Assembly (NCBI RefSeq): GCF_964355755.1 | Contig: NC_092675.1 | Span: 3,467,812-3,531,811 of the forward strand | Origin: Antedon mediterranea | Lineage: Eukaryota > Animalia > Echinodermata | Direction of reading: 5' to 3' | Length of the DNA: 64,000 nucleotides | Shown here: piece by piece, positions 12,923 through 25,588 of the stretch | How positions within the stretch are numbered: position 1 is the first letter of the stretch | Layout: every line of letters begins with the position of its first letter | Position numbers and translations under genes: made by a program | Notes under the pieces: model-generated | What the model was told of the DNA's origin: nothing | What the model saw: only the letters and a program-made list of their open reading frames with translations | Database searches by the model: none

Positions 12923-15900
12923 ATGTTAGGCATACGGACGATAATGTGTATGTTGTCTATTGGAATGCACCGAGTATATTGTAAGTTGTTTTCACAAATT
13001 ATTTTCAAAAAAATCAACAAATATCCATTGCCTTTATTTCAAAACACTAAATTGTTCATCAAACGTGTGGAAACATTATTTGTTTTTTAATTTTAATCTT
13101 GTAGGCATAAATTTATACTAAAACTAAACTTAAAACTACTAAACCAAATCATTAGCATTACATAGCTACCAGTAACTTGAAAAGTAAATTTGAAAGATTT
13201 ATTCTTTTTAAATTATCATTATTTATTTAAATGATTATTTATAATCATGATGATTTGTAATTGTTTGAATTTTAACGAAATCATTTATACGGTGAATTTT
13301 GCCAAACGGATAGGAATAACATAATTTTGGTTTACCTTAAATATCTGATTAGTTTAAGCATGGATATATAATTTATAGATCCATGGTCCTAGCCGGCTTC
13401 CAATTTTCAATTTGACTACAGTACAATTGTATTTTTATTTTATTTGTCTATAAATTGCGTTACATTTTCACTGATACATGTGACATTCTATCACGCAATT
13501 TGTCATGTGGCGTAATCTAGAGTCTGGACACAACTTTGCGTAAATAAATAAAACATTAAGCGCTATATAAATCCAGGAAATTATTATTACAATTGTGTAT
13601 ACAGTGTCACAATGCTTAACATATTGTGAAACACATGTGTAAGCCTAACTTAATCTCAACCTTAACTTATAGTTACAAGCACCACATGTGAAACATAGTC
13701 AGTAATGCCATGTGATACCGTATAGATAGGTTATCTGGGGTGTTCTAGTTCTCAAACCAAGAGTATTCAATTGAAGCTTAAAATAGATAATCAGATAAAA
13801 AACATCTTGCCATCTAACAAATGTCTTCTGAAAGATGCAGCAGACATGACAAGCTTGTAATCTGATTGTATAGGCTTTTAACTCTTCTGAAGGGTTGATG
13901 AATCTGGTAATTCTTCTTAACAAAAATAAAAAACGATTAGGCCTACATGATTCGGTACTCTTCTGCAGTATGTCGACTTGGTACGGCTTATGATCACGTA
14001 ATCTCATCATTCTAAAGCATGTAGATGGCATGTTTATTATCTAGATATCTTGATGGTTATTTTTAACTTCCGTAAAAATGTCAAGTCATGTTGTTATGTT
14101 GGTCACTCCACTGCATTCTGTAACGTTCTATAATTTGTGTACATTAAGGTATTTCGAAATTTCAATATAAGTTATCAGAGTACACTGTCCATCTGCTGGA
14201 GAACGATCGACAAACTTGGTTGGAAGTCAAGATTAATTGTGAGACTGGTGGTGGTTATCTGGCCTGCCTTACCAGTACCGATGAAGTGGATGCAGTCATT
14301 GAGTACGTGAATATGAACCATCCGACTGGAAATTACGCAATCGGGTTATCTCGCGAAGCAAGTCTCGATAAACACATGTTTGCAAATTGGAAGTGGGAAA
14401 CAGGAGAGGCTTTTAATGGATCCATACCATGGCATGTATACACAGGCAATACTGCTGACGAACCAAATACAGCTACTTTCTTTCAGTGTGGAGTTAGAAT
14501 CAGTATCAGCGATCGTACACTGAAGGATATTCAAACAGCCATTAGTCTTAGATATTGGTATGGACGAACAGAAACACAAGGATATATTTGTGAACGTCGT
14601 GGTACGTAGCTCGGTATTAATATTACTACTATTTCCATTCTCATTTTATTAAACCTGTTGAAATGCATAATTATATTTATATATTGGCAGGCAGGTTAGT
14701 TTTGTATGACTATTTGTATGCATGTTTGTATGTATGTTTGTTTACACTATAATGGTAAACAATTTTCAGATTGTCTTTCTGAATTTCTTTAGCAAATAGC
14801 TCTATGTACATACCTATTGATTTTCAGGAAAATCGATGTATTGCTGACGTTAGAAAGGTTGATTGAAATCTCGAGTTATCTTAACTTCAACATGAACATA
14901 GATATTAAATAGCATGCCCTCTGTTGTTTCTTGTTTCACTTTTAAATTATGTTTCGTTTTTCTTTGTATTCACATATCAAATCTAAAGTACAAACCTTTA
15001 ATGACAATGTAGACTTATTTAATATAATAATTAGTACCTTTCAATTAGTGTCTACTTAATTTACGCAATATTGAACAGTTAACTTACTTCAATTAAATTT
15101 ACGCTAACATTTTGTTCATATCAATCAAATCAATCAATTAAATAAAACAACAATAGCTTGCTTGTCAGTTTCAAGTTTGATTTCGAGAATACTCCATGTC
15201 ATAAATGTTCTCCAAGTGTTTTTGACAGTGTGCCTTTTGTATTTGTATAGAGTAATTTTTATGCTATTGTATACACAGTGTTTGAAAATCAATTCATTTT
15301 TTATGTACGATAAATTGAAAGTAATTATTAACCAAAATGTTTCTCCATATATATATATATATATATATATAAACATATTAGGCACAGAACATTAATTCTA
15401 AACCGCCCGGTGATATACTGAAATTTAATTAATTAATTTGAAACGATAAAGATGAGGAAATCTGTGAGAATGAGAAAAAGTCGCCCCAACCGAGACTCGA
15501 ACTCGGACCGCCTGCTTGATATGCAGATGTCCTAACCATTAGACCACTGGGGCTTTCATGGCATTGTTCGAACTCGATTGGATAGCGACTCTTTAACATT
15601 CTCGACGTGGTACGGCGGAACAGCACTAGTCCTTAAGTTGTACGCACGCGCACCAGAGATCAAATTGATACGCCCTCATCTTACATGGAATGGGGTGGAT
15701 GAAGACATTAATTGCTGCTGTTTAATTACAACAATGAGTATGGTGATGTCTGTGATAATGACGTCAACAATCAGAATGATCATGACGACATGAACACAAA
15801 ATTACTTTTGTTTTTTCTTTACATTTAATCTATTTAACTTAATATAATTGTCTTTTAATTTGGTAAGGTTCACATTTCCAGTACATGTGGTCTGAATACA

Positions 15901-16580
15901 CTGTCAATATTCTATACGGGAACGATCAACAAACTTGGCTAGATGTCAAGGTTAATTGTGAGACATCTGGTGGTTATCTGGCCTGCCTCACCAGTACCGA
16001 TGAATTGGATGCAGTCATTGAGTATGTCAATATAAACCATCCGACTGAAAATTACGCAATCGGGTTATCTCGTGAAGCAGGTCTAAACAAAAAGGTGAAC
16101 GAAAACTGGAAGTGGGAAACAGGAGAGGTCTTTGATGGCTCCATACAGTGGTTGGATCACAGATCATCCTCTACTGCTCCTATTTTTGGGAAAGGCCAGC
16201 AGTGTGGTGTTGCTATTAGTATCAGCGAGCGTGCAATACGCGATATCAAGACAAGTACAAGGCTTATCAACGGACAAACAGTGGGATACATTTGTGAACG
16301 AGGTACATCATCATATTATCAAACTATACTATTACTATTATTATTACTATTGTATCTCTATTGTTATTATTTTATTTTTTTAGGAGTAAGAAAAACTCGT
16401 GGACTGTATCGTTTTCACAACCATTCAAGAATTTCTATGGATGTTGGGTATTTACGATGCGCGCTACAATGCTTGAAACTAGAGGCGTGTCATGGTTTCT
16501 ATTTGGATGTTGCTGGCTGTCAGATCAAGCAAACGCATGAGTATCTGCATAAAGGAACCTATTTCATACTCGTTGAATAG
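12923..16580 (+). CDS. Secreted C-type lectin domain protein (two CTLD exons plus a short Cys-rich, PAN/apple-like C-terminal exon)
   Basis: Putative signal exon 12923-12980 (MLGIRTIMCMLSIGMHRVY), CTLD exons 14149-14601 and 15868-16302 (TW..vK.nCE..GGYLA, YAIGL, WKWETG, GYICE) and last exon 16384-16580 (LRCALQCLKLEACHGF). All junctions are phase 1 and compatible. The first exon is the least certain. Confidence 0.75.
13700..14080 (-). mobile_element. Degenerate LINE ORF2 fragment
   Basis: PYQVDILQK...RRITRFI...LGLRTRT resembles the 55565-56115 fragment, with frame disruptions. Confidence 0.45.
15482..15553 (-). tRNA. tRNA-like sequence, Asp-type with ATC anticodon, inside a dispersed repeat; probably a pseudogene
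   Basis: Acceptor GCCCCAG/TTGGGGC, D stem GTCT/GGAC, anticodon stem TCTGC/GCAGG with loop ATATCAA, T arm CCGAG-TTCGAGT-CTCGG, followed by a T5 run. Confidence 0.55.
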
Positions 16581-17273
16581 TCAACAATATTATAGAACGT
16601 CAATTATTATGAAACTGAAGCATGGTATTTAGGACATGTCCTTGTCAAAATCCTGATATAGCACCAGAAAGCTTGTTTTATTAATAATTACAAAATAAAT
16701 AAGATAATTGGTATAGCATGCACCAAGATATTTTATTTATAAAGCATGTTTACGAATACGATACGAATCATTTTTATTGCAATTTAAAATCATAAATTGA
16801 AGTTTAACAGTTCAATTAGAAAAATAAGTTGTTATGTTTATAAGAGAATTTGTATATACAATTATTGTTTAATTGTCGTCTTAGGCTTATGTTTATAAAT
16901 AACGACGGTTAATATTGCGATATTTTTATCAATGTTGAAACATAATATAAACTTATATTCATTACAATGAATAAACATATTACAATGGTGACATTTACAA
17001 CATTAGCTTCATCAAACTGAAATGACCATTGCTCCTGATGGGCTAAGATTATCCAATTCAATTCAGTGATAAATTGAACAAGTGACATGATATCGTAGTA
17101 TCCGTCGTCTCAGAGGTCCTTTCATAAGCCATACTGTGTAGCGGCCTGGCATTTACCCGATAGTTTATTGAAAGTTGTGTGAGTAAAGTTAGAACCAAAT
17201 AATACCAACAATAAACTCATTTCGCTTATTACAGTAACATTTTCTTTAAAATGTCATTTACCACACTCTAAAC

Positions 17274-18191
17274 CAGCGTTCCGCAACCTTTTTTTTTACC
17301 GCGACACCATGATCCTATTTTGTGAATTTTCGCGACCCAACATTGCGTATTTGATCTTACAGAAACACCTAACCTTTCTAGCGTCATATTAATACATAGT
17401 CATGATGCATACATAATCATCATCGTTATAGTAATCTCTATTAATGGGACGCCATAGGCATTTTGCCACCCGCAGTCACAAATTACCCATGGTGGGGCCT
17501 GTGGCAAAGCGAATTTTGTTAAATGACACCCCTGGCTGGAAATGGTACTCTCGCACGTAAAAATTATGATAAATGGCACCTCTAGTTGGCCGGAAATGAC
17601 ACTGTAATAATATCGCGCTCGCAATTGGGTAAACGATCGTAGCCAGCTACTTTTTCCGCCGGTAAACACATTTGCGTTCAATGCTAACGTCAAGGGGTTC
17701 TCCCGAACCATAAAGGCCTGAACAACATCGATATGAGTGTAATTTGGGATGGACCTGTTTATATTGTTCTTTCTATAGTATTATTCTAAATTGTTCATTG
17801 TAAAAGTTCCCACCACCGGTACATTACAGTTCGCAGTTTTTCAGTTAAGTTACACACTCCTTTACAAACTACAGAAAAATAGCGTCGTAGAACCAGTTGG
17901 TAGTTAATTAAATCCACGTCACCGGGGATTGATCCCCACTTGTATATTAACAACAAACTATGCGTCAAAAGCGTCCATCCCGTCGTCGATTCCCCAATTG
18001 TTTGTACGCTACGGACTCGACGCACGTCAACATAGGGAAAATCTGTATATGTAAAATGTAATCAGTGTTGTAGATTCTACAAAACTGAGAACATTTCACA
18101 TATATCAGTGTATAATTGATAAAAAGTTTCAGTATCGGAAACAATTTCGCGAGCCATTCATTTTTTCGTGACCCAAACATTGGGTACGGCG
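17274..18191 (+). mobile_element. Non-autonomous hAT-like DNA transposon
   Basis: Begins cagcgttccgcaacc and is flanked by the 8-bp direct repeat ctctaaac (17266-17273 and 18192-18199). A second copy lies in inverted orientation at ~34240-35735. Confidence 0.8.
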
Positions 18192-18463
18192 CTCTAAACC
18201 ATGGTCGGTAATTTAAGTTGTCAATTAATGTCAAGGGCCTTTTATTAATTCATTTTCACGTAAATTAACTCGTTACGATTAGAGGTAAATTGAAAAATTA
18301 TTACCTCAAATTAAATGTTAAAAATCGATATCATCGTCTGTATTCATTTTCCGAAGACTTAATGAACGATATGAGTCTGGTTTGGTTGAAATAAAGATTA
18401 GAGACTTTGAAGTTATTTTCTTTTCTACTCGGACATCACTCCATTTGGTGCGGTTATAATATC

Positions 18464-21400
18464 ATGGAGCGGCGTATACTTGTCAACTCATTAATATTAC
18501 ATATGTGTGGTAAGTCAACTTATAACTTTTTGTTTGCTGAATTCAGCCATGCACGTACATACTGTAACTATATCATATAGCGACAAACAGCCTGTGGTAT
18601 CGTGTCTTCAACAGAAACCTACATCCCATGGTAATACTGTCTCCTGATACAAACTGATTTGATTTTCCCGTAGCGATGTTTGTAAAATGTAACACTATAG
18701 TGCTGAAAACGTCGTAGGTTCGATTTAACGCAGTTGGGGGCAACCACAATTATTAGAAGGGCATTTGCTTACGTTGCGTAGATTGCGTTACGTGCGTCGT
18801 TAGTGAGAACCAATCTTGAGTAATAGGACACACTGACTCTTATATCTGGCTTCAGAGATATGATAACTGTTTTTTACTCGAACATCAGTATTATACACTT
18901 AGTCAAACCTAGAGTAAAGTAAAATTCTTTTTTTTAGTTACTGTTTTTGGACTGAATGCTATGATGGAGTCAGAAGGAACGGAACATCGTTTGATTGTTA
19001 ATTTGATGAAACGTTATAGTTCATATGTGCGACCCGTGTACAACGAATCATCGCTTGTTATCATTGACTATCATATGGAACTATCAATGATACTTAATAT
19101 TGTGAGTCACGTCTCGCTAATATGGTAGAAGAGTAGTATGAATACAGAAAGATAACAAAATCAAAACATATTTTGCTCTCATTACATTAAAGTCTAAATA
19201 TTTTAGTTCAGATCGTTACTTGGCTAAATAGTATGAGCTGAGTTCCCACACTTAAGCGTAGTTCCCACTAGAGACGCAACGCAAGGACGTACGCGCAACG
19301 AAGACGAGTTGACCAATGACAAGCCACTGTTCGAATAATCCATCGCTTGTAATTAATCAAATCGTTTACGTTGCATTACGTCCTTGCGTTACGTCTCTAG
19401 TGGGAACCAAAAATACTGGTATCATTTTTAGACTGTCTTTCTTTCTTCCCAAAAACATTCTTCATACCTTGTATTGTACTCTTATTTTACCATATTTAAA
19501 CTATTGCAATGTAGTTTGGTGCAACACGTATGAGTCCAACACTAGCAGATTATTTATCAAACAGAAGAAAGTAGTTCGAATAATATCAGGTGCACCACCA
19601 CTAGCTCACTCAGATCCCTCATTTTCCTCCCTAAACCTTTTAAAGTTGAAAGATCTTAACTATCATCAACAGTGTACTTTTCTCTACTCATCGATTAACT
19701 CCCTAAACCCACCTCAATTTACAAATTTATTCCAACCAAACGCATCTTTTCACAATTATAGAACTCGAATTGTACAGGATATGCATATCCCTCTTCATAA
19801 AAAAAACTTCATTTCAATATAACATAAGATTTAGTGGACCTAAACTATGGAATAAACTACCTTCAAATATTAAAGTTGCTGTATCTAAGAAAAGCTTTTC
19901 ATTTAAACTTAAAAGATATATCACATCCAAGTATTAATTTTTATTATATTACATTTTATGATAATAATTTTAATGATGAGTAACAAGAAGAAGACGAACC
20001 AATTCTTTATTTATACCAAAATTGTTTTTTTTTTTTTTGTTATTTTACTTATTTAGTTTAACCCATGTTATGTAAATTGTTAATATTGTTATTTATTTAT
20101 TTTTTTAATTTATTTATTTATTTATTTATTTTCTTTTTCCGTGTTGTTTTTATCTAATCTTTGTTTAGGCATGTCTGTCACAAGCTTTTTGCTTTTTTGA
20201 TCATGCCTTTTTCAATCATATTACCTTTCTTTACACCATTTGGTTGACTGTTTTATTTTGAAGAAAATAAATGTTACTTTGAATTGGAAAAAAAAAATTG
20301 AAGCTATACTTAATTGCTTACCACTTACTTACTCCGCCTTCGGTATAACTAATCAACATACTTCCCTCAATTTTATCTTGTCCATTGCTGTTGCCTCCAA
20401 TAACTACAATGTCCACCGCTTCTGAAGGTGTTTTGGTTTTGTGATACTTGTTGGCGGTTTCCATGCTGTATGATAGCCATCCCCACCTACTAATTTTACA
20501 CTTCTGACTTTTTATTTGCTAATTTTGCTTTATAGGACGAAAAAAATCAAATATTGACGACAGCTTGGTCGCTTGAACAGGTAAGTATTTATTTTTAAAT
20601 CATAAACTCATGCTGTTTCAATTACATTATAAATATTCAATTATTGAAAAATACATTAATCAACGCAGCTGATTCTTAATAGTGTCATGTCTAGAGACAG
20701 AATATATTAACAGTAACCCATGTGGGAGAAATATTGTCGTCAGCCACACGATTCTGCAGATGTCGCTATCTGACTAACTTGCGATCGTCAGTTATACAAT
20801 ATCTAGTGACAAGTTAAGAATCGGATGAGTCAACGGACGGTTTTTTATTGTGTCTATAGCATCCGTACGAGAATCTGATGACCAATGTATTTTTACATTT
20901 AAAATCAACTTGTATCAATATTGAATTGAATGTAAATTGATCACTTTATTTCAGGATATATATTCCATATATACAACAAAAATTAATACAAAACGGAAAA
21001 TAGGATTTTCCCCACCTAGTGAAGAGATAGTGAACTGTACATCTTTTCAAATACATTTACATAATAAACTCAACCGGACCCTGGACCTTGTTATACATTC
21101 CCTGAACATTGGCTATACATTCCCTGAACATTGGCTATATACACTTGAACATTGGTTGTATACACTTGAACATTGGCTATATACACTTGCAATTTTGAAT
21201 CTCGTCTTAGAAATGGTTTGATGAGTTTTTGACATGGGATCCATCTGAGTATGACAACTTATCTGTCGTCAACATACCAGCTAATACGATATGGCTTCCC
21301 GATACCGTTCTTTATAACAGGTATAGTGTCGTCTATGAATGTATTATTCACAACTTAAAAAGGTTAGGCCGTGCACTTTCTTGACAAACTGCTTTCTAGC

Positions 21401-23929
21401 TTTGTGTACTCAATGAATCAAATAACAGTCTCTGCATACTTTGCAGTCATTGTGATCCTCCAGGTAGGACAAAAATGACAACCTCCAGTAATATAAACTA
21501 GCCTAGACAGACACTACCAACAGACATAAAGACATCAGAGTCAACACCTTCAAAATACGACCAAAAACCCACTTGTAAACAAAATCATTTCCTGTTTAAA
21601 GATGTATTGTCCCTTAAAAACATGAAAAATGAAGAATAATTAAATCAGACTTTGAATATATTTTGTAGTTTTAATAACGTTATTCACTTAATAAAAAAAA
21701 ACAGAAAAAAATAATGTTTCACTTATAAAAGAACAAAATAAATGGTTAAATTCAACCAAAAACACATTAGCTGGCAGCCAATTTGACCATTTTTTGCTAT
21801 AAACTACATTTTTTCAGGTAAATACATTTTCTTTCGATCCAATTTTTAGTCAAAGTGGATAACTATTATGTTACATTAAAATGACATACTCAACAAAAAA
21901 ATGTGTTAATAATTATTTTTTCATCTTTAACTTTGTCAAGCGCCTTTGAAGATTATTGTTATGAATACCGGCGCTATATAAGCCTGATTGAATGATTGAT
22001 TGATTGACATAATTCACGGAGCAAACTCAGAGTTTCAAGTGTTCGATAAGGTTTGCTAGTGTAGACTGGGCTTAGATGTCTTATTTTCCCCCTTTTTTTG
22101 CAGTGCTGACGTGGACGGAACACCAGGCAATGGAGTATCTTCAACGTACGCTATCGTTAGAAGTGATGGACTAGTTTACTGGCCTGCTCCTGCTATTTTT
22201 AAAAGTTCATGTAAAATGGACATCACATACTTTCCATTTGACCATCAGTATTGTACTTTAAAGTTTGGACCATGGGTATACTTGGCCAATGCTGTTAGAA
22301 TGAAAAAAATCAGCGGTATGTAAAAACCCAGTTAATAATGTTATTGTTATTATTCAAATTACATCAGTAATTGGTTATTCTTGACTTACAATTTCTCAAT
22401 TACCGGGAACCATTAGACAAGACCACAATGCAAAACAGGTTTTCTTTTACCTGATTGTGTAATCATGTATAAAGATGTTAAATATATCAATAAACCTGTT
22501 TTTTTATTATTATAAAATGCTATTCACATGAATGACTGCTTGCGCATTTTCTGCGTGTCCCCCAGAAAAGGAAACATTAATACACATGCGCATAAATCAG
22601 CAGATTCGATTCATGGATAAATTCCACTGAAAAAAACTTTACATGAACAATCACTAAAGGATGATCACATACACAAGAGCGGTCGTCAGCACAAATATAA
22701 TGTACTACTATATAATATCTTTTTTATTTCTTTTTTAAAAGATGGTGACCATGAACACGCTTCTCCTAATGGCCAATGGACATTACTGGACATGCATAGT
22801 GAAGAGCATCTGGTGAAGTATGGATGCTGTCCTGAACCGTTCTCTGACATCACGTTCTACCTACACTTACGACGAAAGTCATTGTTCTACATGCTAAATC
22901 TCCTATATCCCACCATTTTCGTGGGATGGATGTCACTCATTGTGTTCTTTTTACCACCGCAGTCTGGTGAAAAGGTTGGCCTCAACATCACCATTATGCT
23001 ATCGCTTGTGTTCTTTCTGCTCCTTGGGGCGACGTTTCTTCCACCGACGTCACTCTCTGTTTCATTTCTAGGTAAATATATTGTTTCTTGTGTAAATGGC
23101 CGTAGTGCTTTTGATATTTACTACACTATGACATTAACCTATGCAAATCCGAGCATGTCCAGTAATTTGTTGTCCAAATGTCTTTATATAATAAACACTT
23201 TATTAAAGAAATAAGTTAGATTTAATGAAGATAAGGACAATAACAGCGGATACACAGTCTTGCGTTGTAACAAAGTATGATATATAGGCCTATTAATCTC
23301 ATTATTATTGTATAAAAATAATGCAAATGTTACCACCATTTACAGTTCATATATTATTTTTATTAGGTAAACTCTTCGCGTGCTTTATCATCGTAATGTC
23401 ACTAGAAACCGCGATGTCTGTTATCATAATCCGTCTGTCTCTGCATGCTCCAAACAAGTTACCTCCAGCCTGGTCACGCTACCTTATTCTGGACAAACTA
23501 GCGAAGGTAATGTGCCTTAATAACTACCGCCACGAATACAACCCTAACGATACCATTGAAAACATCAACGAACAGTCTGACGAACATGATGAGTTAGACA
23601 CGGTTACCGATGACGACATGATCTATGAAGTCATTGGTAACTCTCTTCTCAATCATCTTGATATGGAACCGGCCAATCAGAATAATGTACCGAATGATGT
23701 AATCGATGAGGAAAATGACGTTCACGTTGGAGCAAACATTTTGCGTATTGGTCGATACCTGAAGCTGATTGGTAGAAAGTTGAAGACACGTGACAAGTTA
23801 TCGGCTGTTCAGCGGATTTGGGTTGATATGTGTATTATAATCGATCGGCTGTTGTTAGTATGTTTTGTTCCAGGTTTAAATGTCTCAGCAATAATAATTC
23901 TTTACAAATTAATGACTGATTCCTTGTAA
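18464..23929 (+). CDS. Nicotinic acetylcholine receptor alpha-type subunit A (divergent)
   Basis: Exons 18464-18509, 18938-19101, 20536-20580, 21211-21320, 22104-22315, 22742-23071 and 23367-23929. Motifs: [12 protein letters not shown], Cys-loop [15 protein letters not shown], loop [12 protein letters not shown] before TM2, four TM segments. Confidence 0.92.
19255..19410. mobile_element. MITE family B copy (other intronic copies at ~18690-18815 and ~37959-38115)
   Basis: agcgtagttcccactagagacgcaacgcaagg ... ctagtgggaacca. Confidence 0.8.
19411..19940 (+). mobile_element. 3' fragment of a LINE (CR1/L2-like) ORF2
   Basis: [20 protein letters not shown]...KQKKVVRII...HNYRTR and the downstream SGPKLWN-type motif are typical post-RT sequence; AT-rich tail follows. 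Confidence 0.85.
21096..21190 (+). repeat. 21-bp minisatellite, about 4 copies
   Basis: gaacattggctatatacactt repeated just upstream of the exon 4 acceptor of nAChR A. Confidence 0.8.
21596..21930. mobile_element. MITE family C, TTAA-flanked (Kolobok-like); other copies ~2945-3303, 30662-30989, 31540-31877, 42050-42183
   Basis: Ends ttaaagatgtattgtcccc / ggggacaatacatctttaa; shared interior ttggctggcagccaatttgac and aattaaatcagactttgaatat. Confidence 0.8.
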
Positions 23930-24322
23930 AGCTTGGTTCTCACTAGCGACGCAACGTAACGCAATCTACGCAACGTAAGAAAATGCCCCACCAATCATTG
24001 TGTTTGCCCCCCCGCCTGCGTGAAATCAAACCTATGATATTTGCAGCACTATTGCGTCGTCGCTTCCCACTTGTGATTACGCAGTACAGCACTTTGCGTC
24101 AATACGTCGCTGCGTTGCGTTCTAGTGGGAACCACGCTATAAGCTTGGTTCCCACTCTAGAACGTAACGCAAGGACGCCAACGCAACGCAAGCGTTTTAA
24201 CCAATGACAAGCGAAGTTATAGACAGTTAGCAATCACAAGCGAATAAGCCATCGCTTGTGATTGGTCAATTCATTTGCGTTGCGTTACGTCCTTGCGTTG
24301 CGTCTCTAGTGGGAACCACGCT
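23930..24322. mobile_element. Two adjacent MITE family B copies directly after the nAChR A stop codon
   Basis: 23930-24138 and 24142-24322, each bounded by agc(t/g)tggttcccact-type TIRs. Confidence 0.9.
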
Positions 24323-25163
24323 TAATGCTCAGATCTTTATACAAGCGCCCAAATTAAACCTTATTATTTCAGGACTACGAAATAAATGTGTGTTGTGTTT
24401 AGCCAGTTGAAACAAGTCATAGAACATTGTCAGCTTAGGGCAACATTTCAATGTGAACGTTTAAACTGGGAAATATAGTGTAGGAACTGTATAGTAGCAT
24501 TTAGTTTAGAATTATGATTAATTTTATTAATGATATTAATATATGCTTGTTTTTGTTTTGGCAATAAAAATGTTTAAAATATGGTTATGCGAATTTCCCT
24601 TCTTTGTACTATTTTGTGTGTGTTTTGTTTATGCTTAAATGTTTGACTTGTGTAATCTTCAGAATAGGGCTAAATAAATAATGAAAACTTTTTTAATAAA
24701 ATAACTATAGGCCTACATTTAATAACTTCACATTATAATTATTAATCAATCATAAATTTTTGTGATTTTAATAGCTCTACTACAATACAACATCTTTGTG
24801 GTTATTCTATTCATATTATAGGTGATATTTAATTATCTTCATGTACCCATTCTATCATAATGGTAACACTTGTAATGAAGTATTGATGTAGGCCTAGGCC
24901 TAATGCTTAGAATATCGAAACCAATCCGTCAATTAATATTCAATCATAAAACTTGATTAAAAGTTATTTACATTAGACAACCGACTAAATATTTCAATCA
25001 AAAGTTGATTAACTTCGTCTTCACACTAGATTACAACTCGTTACGAAAATATTAACAAAACCTGAACGTCAGAAATAATTTAAGTACGTACAACATCATT
25101 AATTAACTTATTTTTCATTATTAATCTTAAGTGACCTCATTCGATCAACGAGATGAGGCTATA

Positions 25164-25563
25164 AAGCCTGGTTCCCAATCACACGCGACTGTTGACCAAT
25201 CACACGCGACTGTTCGAATAATCCATTGCTTGTGATTGGTCAAATCACTATGCGTTGCGTTACGTCCTTGCGTTGCGTCCTAGTGGGAACCAAGCTTCAG
25301 TGCTATTATATCAAGAATACAAAATGGAAATGTAATTTCATATAAAAATATCCCTGAATTGTGTTGGCCTGTGGATGTTTGATAATGCACCACATCTTCC
25401 TAATGATTGGTTCCCACTAGACGCAAAAACACAAGCACGTAGACGCAAAGCAAGCGAGTTGACCAATGATAAGCGACAGTTTAAATAATCTAACGTTTGT
25501 GATTGGTCAAATCATTTACGTTGCGAGTACGTCCATGTGCTGCGTCTCTAGTTTGGAAACCAA
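25164..25563. mobile_element. Two MITE family B copies in the 3' region of nAChR B
   Basis: ~25164-25297 and ~25407-25563 share the ggttcccactag, acgcaacgcaag and gaccaat(c/g)a motifs. Confidence 0.8.
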
Positions 25564-25588
25564 ATTCTAAAAAGTACACTTCACTGTT

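Noticed and set aside
17400-18234. ORFs of 76-103 aa, similar to ORFs at 34312-35047
   Set aside because: They lie in two copies of a non-autonomous repeat with different stops and frameshifts and show no transposase motifs.
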